From the human T2T-CHM13v2.0 reference genome, Homo sapiens: a stretch of 64,000 nucleotides of DNA. The number at the start of each line of letters is the position of its first letter. The stretch's first letter is position 1. The translations under genes were made by a program, and so were the position numbers. This document shows positions 14,021 through 28,059 of the stretch, piece after piece. The DNA lies in NCBI RefSeq assembly GCF_009914755.1, contig NC_060925.1. One strand, written 5' to 3'. The notes beneath the pieces were generated by a model. That model worked only from the letters and a program-made list of their open reading frames with translations, was not told the origin of the DNA and did no database searches.

Positions 14021-14304
14021 CACCTATTACAAATACTCTAGGTGAGTTATGTACCCTAAGGAAATTACAATACCCTGGAGAAGTTAAATACCTTTGAGAA
14101 GTTATTTTGATTATAGAGTTATGTGCTAGTCAAATCTCCTCCTACTCTGACCAGAGAAAACTTAGAGTGTATTTCCTTGAAAGGGAATGAGTTGAACACT
14201 AAACATTTCATATGTTTATTTAATACACGCTATCTATGAGTGTCTAATTTGTGCTCTATACAATCTAGACTTTAAACGTCATGGAGAACTAAAAGTAGGA
14301 ACCA

Positions 14305-14689
14305 TGTCTTAGTCCATTTTATGTTGTTATAACAGAATTTCCCAGATCGGGTAATTTATAATGAACAGAAACTTATTTGGCTCATATTTTTGGGGGCTGA
14401 GAAGTCCAACAGCATAGTACCAGCATCTTCCAAGAGCGTTTGTGCTGCATCATCCCATGACAGAAAACAGATGGACAAGAACAAGAAAGCAAGAGGGGGC
14501 CTAACTCACTTTTATAACAAACCCACTCTCACAACAACTAACCCAATCCCATGACAGCAACATTAGCCCATTCATGAGAGCTCTCATGAATGAATAACCA
14601 GCTTTTATTTGACTGCACCTCAAACATTGTTCCTTTCAAGATTAATTTTCCAACACATGAACTTTGGGGGACACATTCTAACCATAGCA
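14305..14689 (-). mobile_element. MST-family MaLR LTR
   Basis: Termini TGTCTTAGTCCATTTT...ATAACAGAA and ...GGGGGACACATTCTAACCATAGCA. Confidence 0.8.
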
Positions 14690-17600
14690 CAATTCCTGAC
14701 ATATATTCAAATGGGCAGTGTCTATATTTCATGTTTCTCAACATTACAGTATTGTAATAAGGAGCTCTTGCTTCATAACAAGTCCTCCAGCCTCACACAC
14801 TTTTATACTTATAAACAAAGAAATTAGTTCTTAGTAAATATATCACATAGTTCAAAACAGTGAATAATAGGTCATTTGATTTATCAAAACCATGTTATAT
14901 ATAGGTAATGAAAAAAATTATTTTATTATTAAGTCTATTAGTCAGTTTCAACCCTTTTAAAGCCAGGCTCCAAATTATCACATTCTCCAAATTTCATAAA
15001 TACATAGGTTGCTCAGCTCCATTGGATAAAGAAAAAATATAAAGAGAAATGAAATGTACTTGTGGAGTAAGTAGTAACAGGAGCTATATGTAAACATTAG
15101 TTTGCATGGTGTTCAATAAAAGTTATAAAATATTTTTCTTTTTTAACTTAAATATTTGTTCCCATTAAATCAAAGCAAATAATTGACGTGGGATTTTTGT
15201 TATTTTTTTATTTGTTTTGTTTTTTTTTGTTGTTGTCATTTGTCTTTTTTTGACTGGTGTGGACCTTAAAGACCTTCTTGTCTTATGTCTCTTTTGAAAT
15301 GAGAAAGCCAGAGTTCAGAGAGACTTAATAATTGCCTAGTTTATGCAGGACAATTCCAGATTAGAATGCGGGTTTTCCTATTCCTACTTTAGTGTTTTCC
15401 CTCCTCCACTGCTCCATTTATTTATATTAATAGCTCTAAGAAATCAATAGCACTAATAAATTTCTCAAACATAGTGTCTGTGTTGATAATATATCCCCTT
15501 TTTATCCCTTTTCAAAATGATTTAAAAAAAATAGTTCCCTGGAGTACATGCAACAATTGAAGATGAGCTTTGTTTTTACCAGCCAATGTATGTTTGACAT
15601 CAGTGATTAATACAGTCTTCCCTCAGTTGCTAAGCTTCTTTATCTTGGTGAATAAAGGATTGTCAGATTGTTAGGCAAAGAGCATATGCTTCAAAACTAT
15701 GCTGATACCCCTGAGCATCAGACAATCTCACAAATTTAGGGACTGAAGAGGTGTACACATCAGTTTACTTTTGTTCATTGAGAAGAAATGTAGCTTAAGT
15801 GGGGTTGACTTTTTATGACATTTATTTAGTACTTGAATTGACTGACAAGCCTATTAATGTATTCCCTGAACTTTATTAATGTAATTTGAAAACCGCCTAC
15901 ATGTCAATCAACTTCTAATAAGTAATTATGTTCATAAATACTGTAAAATTATTAGCTTTTAATTTTATCCAATCTTATACTTTCAAAACAGTAACATGGA
16001 TTTTTCTTTTTCTAGAGGAATAAAATATTAAACTGAAGGAACATTCAATAAGTACATTCGTAACTGCTCAAAAGTTCACCATCGTCTAATGACCAGCAAA
16101 AAAGAGTACTATAGTAAGACATGTAGCAGTTTTAAAAACGTGAACAATATTAAACAACCTATGTAATATAAAGTTATTTTAAAAATCCTATGAGAATTAA
16201 ACATGTACCTAGGCTGGTCTTAAATACCGATAGTCTGGGTATTTAAAATATAGACCTAATATGGAACAAGAGAGAATGGAAAAAGGAAAATGGAATATAT
16301 TTATTCTTCAGAAATATATCATTTAAACCTACAAGTTTAAAATGTACAAGCCAAATGTCTGTGTCTTAAGTAACTCGAACATATTATTGTTCAAGTATAC
16401 TTTCTTTTTTCACATAATGAAAATCTTTTAGAGTCTTTGAGCTAGAAACTCAAGTCAAAGGGCAGAGAACTGAACAAGAGAACAAGATTAAGCTTGAATA
16501 ACATAAGAAATGTGTTTTGTCTTACAATCTCATGTCGGTTTCTGAAGGTGGATTAACTCCCACCCTCTGGAGTCCCTGAATAATCTCTGATTAAAGATGA
16601 ACTTTTGTGAAAATGTTATTATATTCTGATATACCACTTTTAAATAATGAACATCATCACAGCCTACAATAATCTGTAAAAAAAAGAAAAATCACTGAGG
16701 AAATTCATTGACTTATTTTTCAATTTATACTTTCCTCCTTAAAGTTAATTGTTTAAGAAGTTTAACCTCATCACAAAGTTAAAATATTTACTGTACTAAC
16801 AATTGAAGGTGTGTTTGAATTCAAGTTTACCTTTACATAAGGAAATAAAGCTCAGTTAATAAGTCTATAGATTAACAATCTTTTTCAGACTTAAGCTATG
16901 CACCTAAGTTAATTTTAAGCCTTGACTTATTGAAGGGTAAACTCAAAGAGAGTACAGCTGACTTTCTCACTCAACTTTCCTATTAGGAATAAAACATGCA
17001 TGCTCTGGCACCACATTATCACATAATTTGTTATTAATTTTACTTAGAAATAAGGCAACTTCAGTTTTAGTTCCACAGAGCATAATATTTCTAAACAACC
17101 AACACACGATTAATTTATAAAGCAGAAAGAAATAATGTAAAAGGTAAAAAATAAACGTTTTCCATTCTCCTAGCATAATAATTAAATTTTTCTTGAAAAC
17201 CATTTGTATTTTAGGGGACTTATGCTCTTACATTTTAATATGGAAGAGAAATAAAATAATTTGATGATTCTGTTTGTATCTGGAGATTGAAAGTTAGCTA
17301 GCATAATTCATGATCTACTGAAAGTAAATCAAATATAAACCATTGTGTACATATTTTCTCAATTACTCTATATTTAAATAAAGAAATCCTAGAAGGCTGC
17401 TACTTTTCATTGTGACTTGAATCAAAGTAAACAGAGGTTGGATTGAGACAGAGTATTTGAATGCTTGGAGGATTGCATTTAAAGAGTTACTGTGCATATT
17501 TCAAAAAGTTCTAATATTTTCATGTATCTATTGTAGGTTTCAAACATTTAATGTGTCAATCATGGGCTCCCAAAGATTTATTGAAGGGATGAATCAAAGG

Positions 17601-17714
17601 AAGATATGAGGTGAATCAGTTACAAATGTCATAATATGGTGTTAATGGATATTTCTTTATCTTTGTAAGTAGGGATTTGTATGCCTGTAATAGTCATTAC
17701 ACTTCTTAATGACT

Positions 17715-17814
17715 ACAATACTTGCATACCTTTTTTTAAATGTGTGTATGTGTGTGCGCGTGTGTGTTTCAACTGAAAGCCAGTCAAAAGACTTTTTCAT
17801 TCTGTCTGTATGAC
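17715..17814. repeat. Direct repeat copy 1 (TG-containing), on the donor side of the exon
   Basis: ACAATACTTG..TTTTTTTAA(TG)n TTTCAACTGAAAGCCAGTCAAAAGACTTTTTCATTCTGTCTGTATGAC. Confidence 0.9.
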
Positions 17815-17999
17815 TCTTAATGACTTTCTGATGTCTAGGAATGTAAATTCCTGAAAACTATGACAATATAATTCAACAAATATTTCAATGACAACAAATA
17901 TTTCAACATTGTTAACTGCTTCCTAGTCATTTTGATACCTAAATATTAAATATTTCTAAGCACAGTCTTTCACAATATAGCAGTTCTGAAAATACATAC

Positions 18000-18232
18000 C
18001 TTGCACAGTTAGATGCACCTGCATTGTTCTGGGTGTATGTTGAGTCTGAACAGAACACGTGTATGGGCCATCATCTGTCACATCTACATTCTGTATCTGG
18101 AGGCTGTAGTCCCTTTTATTCAATGTTGAAATTGAAACTCGAGGATCCACTGACCACTTATCACCTCCCGCAAAAATAATACTTGACCGGTTCAGCCAGG
18201 CACCCTTTGAAGCTCCATCTTCCAAATAACAC
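18000..18232 (-). CDS. NEGR1: NEGR1 internal coding exon (exon 2), most of the first Ig-like domain
   Basis: Translates to (R)[77 protein letters not shown], with the IgLON Ig1 hallmarks (C..AWLNRS..FAG.DKWS.DPRV, D.G.YTC), recognised as NEGR1. Minus-strand acceptor is ...cttgtaatttgtag|G at 18232 and donor is CAAG|gtatgt at 18000. Length 233 nt, phase 2 in and phase 1 out. Confidence 0.97.
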
Positions 18233-18412
18233 CTACAAATTACAAGAGATACAACACTATTAATCAAAATAAAAATGAGAGACAACATTATTTTGTTCTG
18301 AGTGTTTTTTTCTTTTGCTGAATAATAGCACAGCATCAAATGCAAACATCAGACATTAACTCAGGAAACATGAACATACTGATGCATCTTCCATTCCCAA
18401 TGCAAATGTGAA

Positions 18413-18534
18413 ACAATACTTGTGTACAGTTTTTTTAAGTGTGTAGTGTGTGTGTGTGTGTGTGTGTGCATGTTCGTGTGTGTGTGTTTCAACTGAAAGT
18501 TAGTCAAAAGCCTTTTTCATTCTGTCTGGATGAC
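18413..18534. repeat. Direct repeat copy 2 (TG-containing), on the acceptor side of the exon
   Basis: ACAATACTTG..TTTTTTTAA(TG)n TTTCAACTGAAAGTTAGTCAAAAGCCTTTTTCATTCTGTCTGGATGAC. Confidence 0.9.
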
Positions 18535-18630
18535 ACATCTAAATAAAGCTAAATTAGTTTACACAATTTTCTGCATTAAAGCCTATTTCATTGTTTGAAA
18601 TTATGAGAAGCAGTAAAGGTCATGATTTAG

Positions 18631-19035
<405 letters not shown>

Positions 19036-22000
19036 TAAAATAGCTTGCATTTGCACAGTGGTAAGCTTGTACACTGAAACTGTAAACTATGTTTCACTGA
19101 TAAAACTATAAACTATGTTTACTGATTGCTGTAGTCATTAGATATAAAAAAGCTAGTATAACACTTTTATTAATAATGTTGCTTGTTTTTGCAATTTATT
19201 GATCAATACTTTTTTATAAAGCATTCATTTAGCTAGCAAACATTTATAAGATATCTATGGATTTAAACAGGTATTGTCTGTTGCTGTCTACAAGTTTTAG
19301 TCTAGCGAGGAAGACACAAGAGCAAACCAATTATTACCATACAGAAAGGAGAATATTTTTATGAAATCACACACAGGATGCATGAGAGATCAAAGAGAGT
19401 TACTTGACTCAGGGCGTTGAAGGCATAAAGGCCTTCTGAAATAGGCAATGTCTGAGATAAAGAGATAAGTATTGTAAGATATGGCATTCTAGACAGAGAT
19501 GCTATATGTGGGCAACACCAGGTAAACATGAGAGAAATAGGAATTTCAGGGAACTACAAATAACCATGAGATATATGGTAAAAGGCATGAGAGATGGAAT
19601 TGGAGAAATAAAACTGGATCCACATGATGATGACAAGCGTAATGACAATTACTGGATTTTAAGGTCAAATTTGCAGCCATTTATTTAGTCATATTCTGTA
19701 ACAGGTTTCAAAAATACAGCATTGTGTTTAATAGTAGTCAGGCACATCAAGCTTTAGAACAGAAGAAGGCTGTGGTCATATACCAGTGATTTTGCTGAGG
19801 CCTGGAATTCTGTTTCATCTTGAAAATGTTCTGTTACAAATTAAAGACTGGTTTTCTTAAATGAGTACAAAGCACAGCTACAGAACGAAAACACACATAC
19901 ATAAAAATAGTTTGACAGCATTTCCACAGAACACCTTGGGGGATTGAACACAGTGTTTGAGATTGCTACAAAATTGTAAGCTGAAAGCAACAGGGTGGGC
20001 TGCTGTCAACTGTATGAAACTAATCAGTGGGTGAAAAAGTAAGGAACAAGGTACATTGCAGAATCTAATTTGCAGTCAGCTTTGCCATCTACAGAAACCA
20101 AAACGGAAGTCATAAAGGTCACTGTTAATTGAAAAGCTTGTCCTTATGTATTTAATAAAGAAAATAAAACCCCTTTAATGATGTAATTAAATAATTCCAG
20201 CATATTGTCATTCTTAACAATATGCAGAAAGAAGATAGAGGGTACATATTTCCCATTTCACAGATCACATTTGTGCTGGTACAGGACAGAACTCTGAAAT
20301 ATCAACTGCTAGGACTGTGATAATTCTAGTGTGTCATTTAGTATCTGCATTCATCAAGTGTTTCTGTGTGACCACTGCATCTATGGCCTTCGTATGTTTT
20401 TCTATTGCGTGTTCATAACAACTCTTTCAGGGTATAGATTGCAAAGCTCTTGATCACTAGAAAATAAATGGAGATGTTTAGGTTAAATGACTGGCCTAAG
20501 CCACGATATTAGTGGGTGCCAATGTTGAATTCATAATCAAGTCTTCTCTTTCCACATTCAACATCCTTTCCACTGTAATGCAGATCAAAGACTTTTAAAA
20601 TAGGTTTCAGAAATGGGAAAATGATTAGAATGTTGCAGAAATTACTGCAAGTAATTTCTTATTTACTGAATGTGACCAACTGCTTAACCTGTCCTAGTAT
20701 AAAGGAAGCAGAAAATTAATTATTAGTGGATGTTTTACCATGAAAGTCTGATTTAGAATGCTCTATTGGGCATTTCCATTTCCCCAGAGGCAGTAGCAGC
20801 TTTACCTTTATTTGGGGGGTATTAGGGAAGACTGCAGAGATTAACCAGTAGTCTTAGCATAAGCACTGTTCCTCAATTCTGGCATGACATGGGCTGCCAC
20901 AGAAGAATGGAATTCAATTTCTTCATGATGAAAAAAATGAAAAAAGGGATCATTTATGTCTCCTTGGCTTCAATAACTCTATTTTGTAATAGCCAGTGTT
21001 CCCAACTCAAAGTTTTTTAAGATACACATTAGTAATACTCTTGAATGACAATCAGAAAAAAAAATATTTTCCTTTTGGAAATTTTGCTGAATTTTGTAGA
21101 ATTATTCTCAAATGTTCTACATTATTATGTTAGAACATAAATAACCCAAATTACCATACATGGAATTTTACAAATTTTGAATAGCAAGTCTACGTAGACT
21201 TGGCTATGTTATGAAATCATATAGAGAATACATGTAGTTTAAAGGTCTAGTATGAGATGACTACATAGACTATGTGAATAGGCCAAACATACACACATAC
21301 ACACACACACAGCTGTATGCATGTGTAGGTGTTTTTTTTTTTTTTTTTTTTGGTCATTATAAAGATTCCTTGAGAATAAGAACTATGTCTTCTTCCTCTG
21401 TACCTCCTTTTCATTCTCCATCTACATTCTATTTTTTCCTTTGCAATACAAAGAGATATTGCTTGACATGTGTATGCTGTATTAAGAAATTTTGTAAGGA
21501 GGGAAGCTATGTAGGGTACAATGGGGTGGAGGGTGAGAGCCAAGTAGAGGAGCATGATAGCAATTTATTTTTGTACTCTTTGGGTACCAACATTTTTTTT
21601 TCTTGGTTTAAAACGTCTAGTGTCTACAAATATAAATTTGTTGGAATCCTGGCCCAAACAGAATTTATAATTTAGCAAGGATGATAAAGCATGCGCATGA
21701 ACAGCCATCATGCAGAACAGGGAGTGAAAAATGTAGTAATTAAATTGTCATTATAATTGGATTATTGAGATTCTCTGAGAGTCTCTGGCTTCTGCCCTTG
21801 ACCCTTGTAGCCAGGTCCATTCTTCCCACAATAAGCAGAATGAACATTTTAGAGTTCAAATCAGATCATCAACAACTCCAGGCCTTCTATTTAATTCATA
21901 AGAAAATTTATAATTTTGATAGTAGTCAACACAGCCTTATAGAGTCTGGTCCCCTGATGCTTTTCTGACTTTACCTCCCACTCCTATTTTCCACTTTACT

Positions 22001-24689
22001 CTGCTCTAGGCTGGGGTCCTTTAGCTGTGCTTCCAACAAGTCAGGCATTCTCTTGCCTCAGTTAGTTTGTATTTGCTATTTCTTCCCTGCAACTTTTTTC
22101 CCCTAAAGTTCTACATAACTTGTTCCCTATCTTCCTTAGGTTTTCATTAAATGACCTAATGTATTAAACAGCAAAAATAGCGCGACTGTTCCCACACTCC
22201 CTTTATACATGTTATCTATTTACTTGATTGATTATTGTCTGTCTCTTTCCACTAGAAGCAAGATCCAGGAATTTTGTCTATTTGGTTGCTTCTATATATT
22301 CCAAGGGCCTAAAAATAATGAACAATAAATGTAAGCGTGTGTTGAGTGGATAAATGAAGGTAAAAATTAGGAAAATTTTGGAGAAAGGAATAATATGATA
22401 AAGTGTATCAAAATTCCCAAAGTGAGGCATAGTTGGAAAAGCAAAGTCACACCCATGTAAACTATAATTACATGTAATTAAATGCAGATATATGTAGTAC
22501 AGACAATAACTGGTGAATGATACAGAGGATGTGCTAAGCAATCTAAATCAGTAAGTGAAGAACTAAGCTAAGAATTCAGTGATCAGAAAAAAAGGCAAGT
22601 CAGGGGCAGGGGTGGGCAGAGTGCCGGTGGCAGATCAAGAAAATCATTCATACACATAGCTACTTGAAATAAGAAAGAACTACAACATTTGACTCTACAC
22701 TTCCGAAACCCTTTTAAACCATTAGACATTCTGCTTAGTATGTGCTAGGAGGTTTGCTAGGCATTTTACATTTATTATACCATTTAAGCCTCACATAACC
22801 CTATGAGCCAGATACTACTATTATCTTAATTTTTTAGATGAAGAAGCAAAGGTACTGGCAGGTTGTGATTGAACAAAGCCAGTTGGCTTGCATTCTTAAC
22901 CACAGTGACAGACTATGCTAGTATTTTTAGAGTCAGGCAGCAGCAAGTCAGGGGGACTACCTGTTTAGAATGGAGGAATTAGGGTGTAAGGGGGAGTTCA
23001 GTGAAGTGAGGGTGGTCAGATCATTAATGGGACAGCATGAAGTAACAGTTCTCTGGTCACAAATTCAGATCTTTTTTCTTTGGACTTCAAAATGGAACAT
23101 TTTAGCAGCAAGTGATCTTAAGGTCCCTTTGAAATATAGACAATGAAATAATCTGAATAAAAATGTTCAATAATAAATATATCCTTTAATCGAGTATGGC
23201 ATAGCTTTCCTTGATAGTGGTTTTTATCTTTCACTTTAAAAATCTGCTAGACTACCTATTTTGCAAGGAGATGAATAAAACAGTTCCAAAAATACACTCT
23301 TCAGCATATGCTCTGTTGACACTATACCAAATATCATGATAAATACTTAAATTTTCAGTCAGTCATCTGGATATTTTGTGCACATAGTTCCAAACATCTG
23401 GCTATTGGAAAATACATAGGAAATAGCTTGAACATTTCTTTTTGCTTCATGGTTTTAATTATATAAACCCAGGCTAACAATATTTAATTCTTTTCTAATA
23501 AGAATGGCACTGCTGCCTAAATTCTTTTTAGGGGCCCCCTTAAAGGATGTTACTACGCATTAGGCAGGTCTCTGTTTTGGGGGTATGAAGTCCCATTGGG
23601 TGAGATGCTATTTGATCAAACTGTTAGGAAAATTCTAACAGAATATGCCTGTGATACTAACTCCTGTGGTGATTAAATTGGAAAGGTGGACATCAGAGAG
23701 TGTAGCGAAAAATAGCATATTTAGGGTATTTGTTATTTTTTAAAGCTCAGTTAAGTCAAAAAGCCTGTGGCTGCTGAGGAATGATTTTGTCTACTTATAT
23801 CTCAAATTCTTTGTTGCACAGTCCAAAAACATAAGCATTAGCACCATTACCAGTATTCCACACAGCAGAATTTATTCAGCTGTATGGAGAAAGAACAGCT
23901 TTCTCAAGACATTTTGATTAATGAAAGCTCCTATTAAAGGCACCAATTAATAAAAAATAAAAAGTACATTTTTCTCTTGGACTCAAAGCTAAACTGAGTG
24001 AAAATAATATTCCTATGAAGAGACTTACCAGCTACCTTTACTGCTGTCTCTTCATTGCATCATAAAGTCCTAAATTTGACAGAAGGAGAACTTTCAAAAG
24101 CATATTAACAGAGTTCAGAACCCCATAAAATCTCCATGCTGATTTTGCACACAAAGAGAGTTTTGATATCCCAATTTCAAGACCAAATGAGGTAAGGCAA
24201 GTGAAGCAGAGATTATATGGAAGAGAACAGAAATTTTACCATCTTTCTCCCCTACCTTTGTTTTTTAGGGCACTCTCTTCTTGATATCTTTCATGAGAGT
24301 TGATTCCTAGATAATATGTATGTATGTATACATAAATTGTATGGTTATATAAATATTTCCTAGATAATAATATCACTTTATATAATCTTATGATTGACAA
24401 TATTTAAAATTCTCTTTTACAACTACTCAGACACAGAAATGGTTCTTATTATCTTTCTATTTTTGCAGGTGTGGCAGAGGTGGAAGACAGTGAAGGGTGG
24501 TGGGAAATCCATGGTAACAATTTGTCCAGTGAACTTCAATTATTTAATGAAGTCCTCATCCTTAGAGATGATAAGAATTGTATTTTAAAATATGTTCTGG
24601 TGATATCTAAGTGAGAACTGCACTTCAGCAGGTAACAGTTCAATACCGTTCAGTATACAATAGTAATATGTTAACATTACTATGCACCA

Positions 24690-24850
24690 GATACATTTTA
24701 AGCATGTTATGTATATTTTTCATTCAATCCTCAAAACAAGACTTTGAGTTAGGTTATATCAAAAACTATTATTATTATCATTATACCCATTTTACAATGA
24801 AGACACTGAGATGCATCTGTTAGTTAAGTAACTAACAGATGACTTGCTTA
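24690..24850 (-). mobile_element. MIR fragment
   Basis: TCATTCAATCCTCAAAACAA...TATACCCATTTTACAATGAAGACACTGAG...GTTAAGTAAC. Confidence 0.65.
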
Positions 24851-25335
24851 TTAACATTTGTATTATATGAGAAAAACTTTATTATGAAATAATTACACTA
24901 AATCTTCAGGCCTTAGAACCAAAGTAATATCAATAAAACATGTACATTTATTTTCAAAATGGGAGTTATGCCAAGTTGGGTATATTTTACTTCTTGTGTA
25001 ATAGCAAAAAAGAAAAAAAAAACAAGTAGCATTGGTTTCTTATTTTGTTGGAAAAAGAATTCTATTTTCTATGTATTTCACTCTAGCAATTTGGGATAAT
25101 ATGCTTATTTTTAAAATATTTTGGATACAAGATTGAAAACTATCAGCCACTATTGATTATAAGACCAAATCCTCGAACATCTTAAAACATTTTTACATTG
25201 TAAATTAGATGGGAAAAAAAACTGAAAATTAAGCTTTGTGAATTTTTCTTACTTTTTTCATGCAGAACTATACTTAACGCCTCTCTGAAATCTGTGAAGT
25301 TTAATGTAATCAAGTGATGGTATTAATTCATATAG

Positions 25336-25727
<392 letters not shown>

Positions 25728-25737
25728 TAAATCTATA

Positions 25738-25876
25738 TTTTTTAAGAGACAAATTCTTGCTCTGTCACCCAGGCTTGAGTACAGTGGAACGATCGTAGCT
25801 CACTGCAGCCTCGAACTCCTGGACTCAAGCAATCCTCCTGCCTCAGCCTCCCAAATATGAGTCACCATGCCTGGCC
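25738..25876 (-). mobile_element. FLAM-type Alu monomer; its tail region is the AluYa5 target site
   Basis: Monomeric GAGACAAATTCTTGCTCTGTCACCCAGG...CACCATGCCTGGCC. Confidence 0.75.
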
Positions 25877-25877
25877 C

Positions 25878-26292
25878 TAAGTTTGTTTTATATATATATA
25901 TAAGTATATATGTGTATATATATGTGTGTGTATATATATATGTGTATATATATACACACATACATATATATGTGTATATATATGTGTGTGTATATATATG
26001 TGTATATATATACACACATACATATATATGTATATTTATAAACTATACATATGTGTATGTGTGTGTATATATATATAAAACAAACTTAACTATACATATA
26101 TGTATATTTATAAACAAACTATACATATATGTATAGTTAAGTTTGTTTTATGTATATACTCACACATACACACACATACATACACATGTATCATACACAT
26201 ATATACACATGTATCATACACATATTTACACATGTGTGTATAAAATATGAACTTAGAGCCATTTATATATATACATATATATGTATATATAA
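25878..26292. repeat. Low-complexity (TA/TG/CA) tract with embedded inverted repeats
   Basis: Alternating RY sequence; see findings. Confidence 0.9.
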
Positions 26293-28059
26293 CATTTTAA
26301 ATGCCTGGGAAATCATTCAAATTTGGTTATGATTAAGTCACATTTTCAAACATTAAAATCACTCATTTTAACTCATAATTAAACTGTTTTTCTGCAATAC
26401 CACAAATTGCTTTATCTTATTCTTTCCATTAATAAGAAGCTTCCAAGCAAGAATATATGTCTGTGTTAGGAGGGGCCATGCCAAACAATTTTTACATGTA
26501 AAGGGTGCTTCAATACATTATTTGTAAATAATTTAACATATAAATTAGCATTTATGAAGTAAAATAAGCATGGATAGAGTAAGAGAGATCTTGTACATTA
26601 TGATTAAAGAAACTAACAAAGTCTGAATATCAAAATATCTTCATTTTTGGTCTGTTACTAATTACTATCCTCTTATCCCGATAATAAATTTCATTTGCAG
26701 AATGATTACTATGGGTTAAGAGGCATGGAAATATTTTTTAAATGTATGATCTCATTTAACACTCACAAAAACATTCTGAGAAGTAGATAGGTCTTATCAT
26801 CTCTGCTCTAAGATTACTGAATGCATGAATACAAAATTGATAAATGAAGCAAAGAATGTAAAAGTCCTAAAAAAGAAAAAAAGGTGTTACAAATTTGAGT
26901 GGTTTAAGGCTAGCTTTGTTCCAATGGCTTTAAACATGAATTAAGCAGAAAATTTCTTTGTCATCTCTACTTTTTAATTTTTGAATTCAACTAAATCAGC
27001 TTGCTTTCTCCCACATGGACTTGATTGAATGTGAGATATTGGGATCTGGAAGGGCTTCAAGATTTTTGATAACTGGCAGGTGCTCTGAACCGCTGTGGGG
27101 AAAGTTCTGTCTGCAATACTGTCTCCCTGGCAGCTGCTTCCTGGAGAAGTTGGACTTTCACCTCAGGAGATACAAAGATAATGAAAACTACATTCAAAAT
27201 GCATGCAGGAGGTGTTTAAAATAGCAGTATCAAAGACAGGGAATGCAATCAGATCCAGAGAAATGACTGAGATAAAGCTCTAGGCTCCAGACAAGCCTTT
27301 CTATTCCATCCTCTTTGGGATGGAGCCAGGTACATACACCTTATCCCTAAATTGAGGGAATAAAGGACATGGACTTCTCTAGTAAGAACAGTATCAGCAA
27401 TTGCAGCTCGTCTCCCTTCCATCAGCCATCTTTGTGTTGAAGTCATTAAAAGTATTCTATTTGCATATATTAATAAATAGAGATTATAAAATAAGAAACA
27501 TAACACGGATGGATATACGGAAAGGTTCTAAATTCATGTTTTGTAAAAATAATAAACTTATGCTACTTTACAGTATCACCAAATACAGACATTTAAAAAG
27601 CAAAATGAATTCTGTTCCCCACCTTCCCAACCCATCTGCTTATGTTGATCTTTAAGCATCCTGCCAGGCACTGCTGGATTTTTCTTATTGCAATTTTTCC
27701 TAATAAAAAATATTCTGAACACAAATTTTGTTTTATGAATAAAAAATGGTTACACAGTCAACTAATTAAAGCTAGCCTTGCAATCAGTTACTATAGTAGC
27801 CATTAACCCATATTTGTCTGTCTTCTCGAGAAAATGGACTAAACCATAATTCAGTATGAACTATGCCTTAAAATATAAATTAAGGAGTATACCCAAGAAG
27901 AAAAAAATTAATATTTTTTTAAACAGCTTCCTGTAAAAAAATTAAACTTTATATTTTTGAAAGATGTTAAGTTAAAAATAGTCTCAAATTTGAGTCTTTG
28001 CTAGATCTTATTTTTTATTATAACTTTTCCTTAACAAACTGTGTAGTGTAATTATAGTT

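Noticed and set aside
17956-18345. 129-aa ORF with a hydrophobic signal-like N-terminus read as a standalone secreted Ig protein
   Set aside because: The extensions are the T-rich acceptor region and read-through past the donor. Canonical splice sites delimit the IgLON homology exactly.
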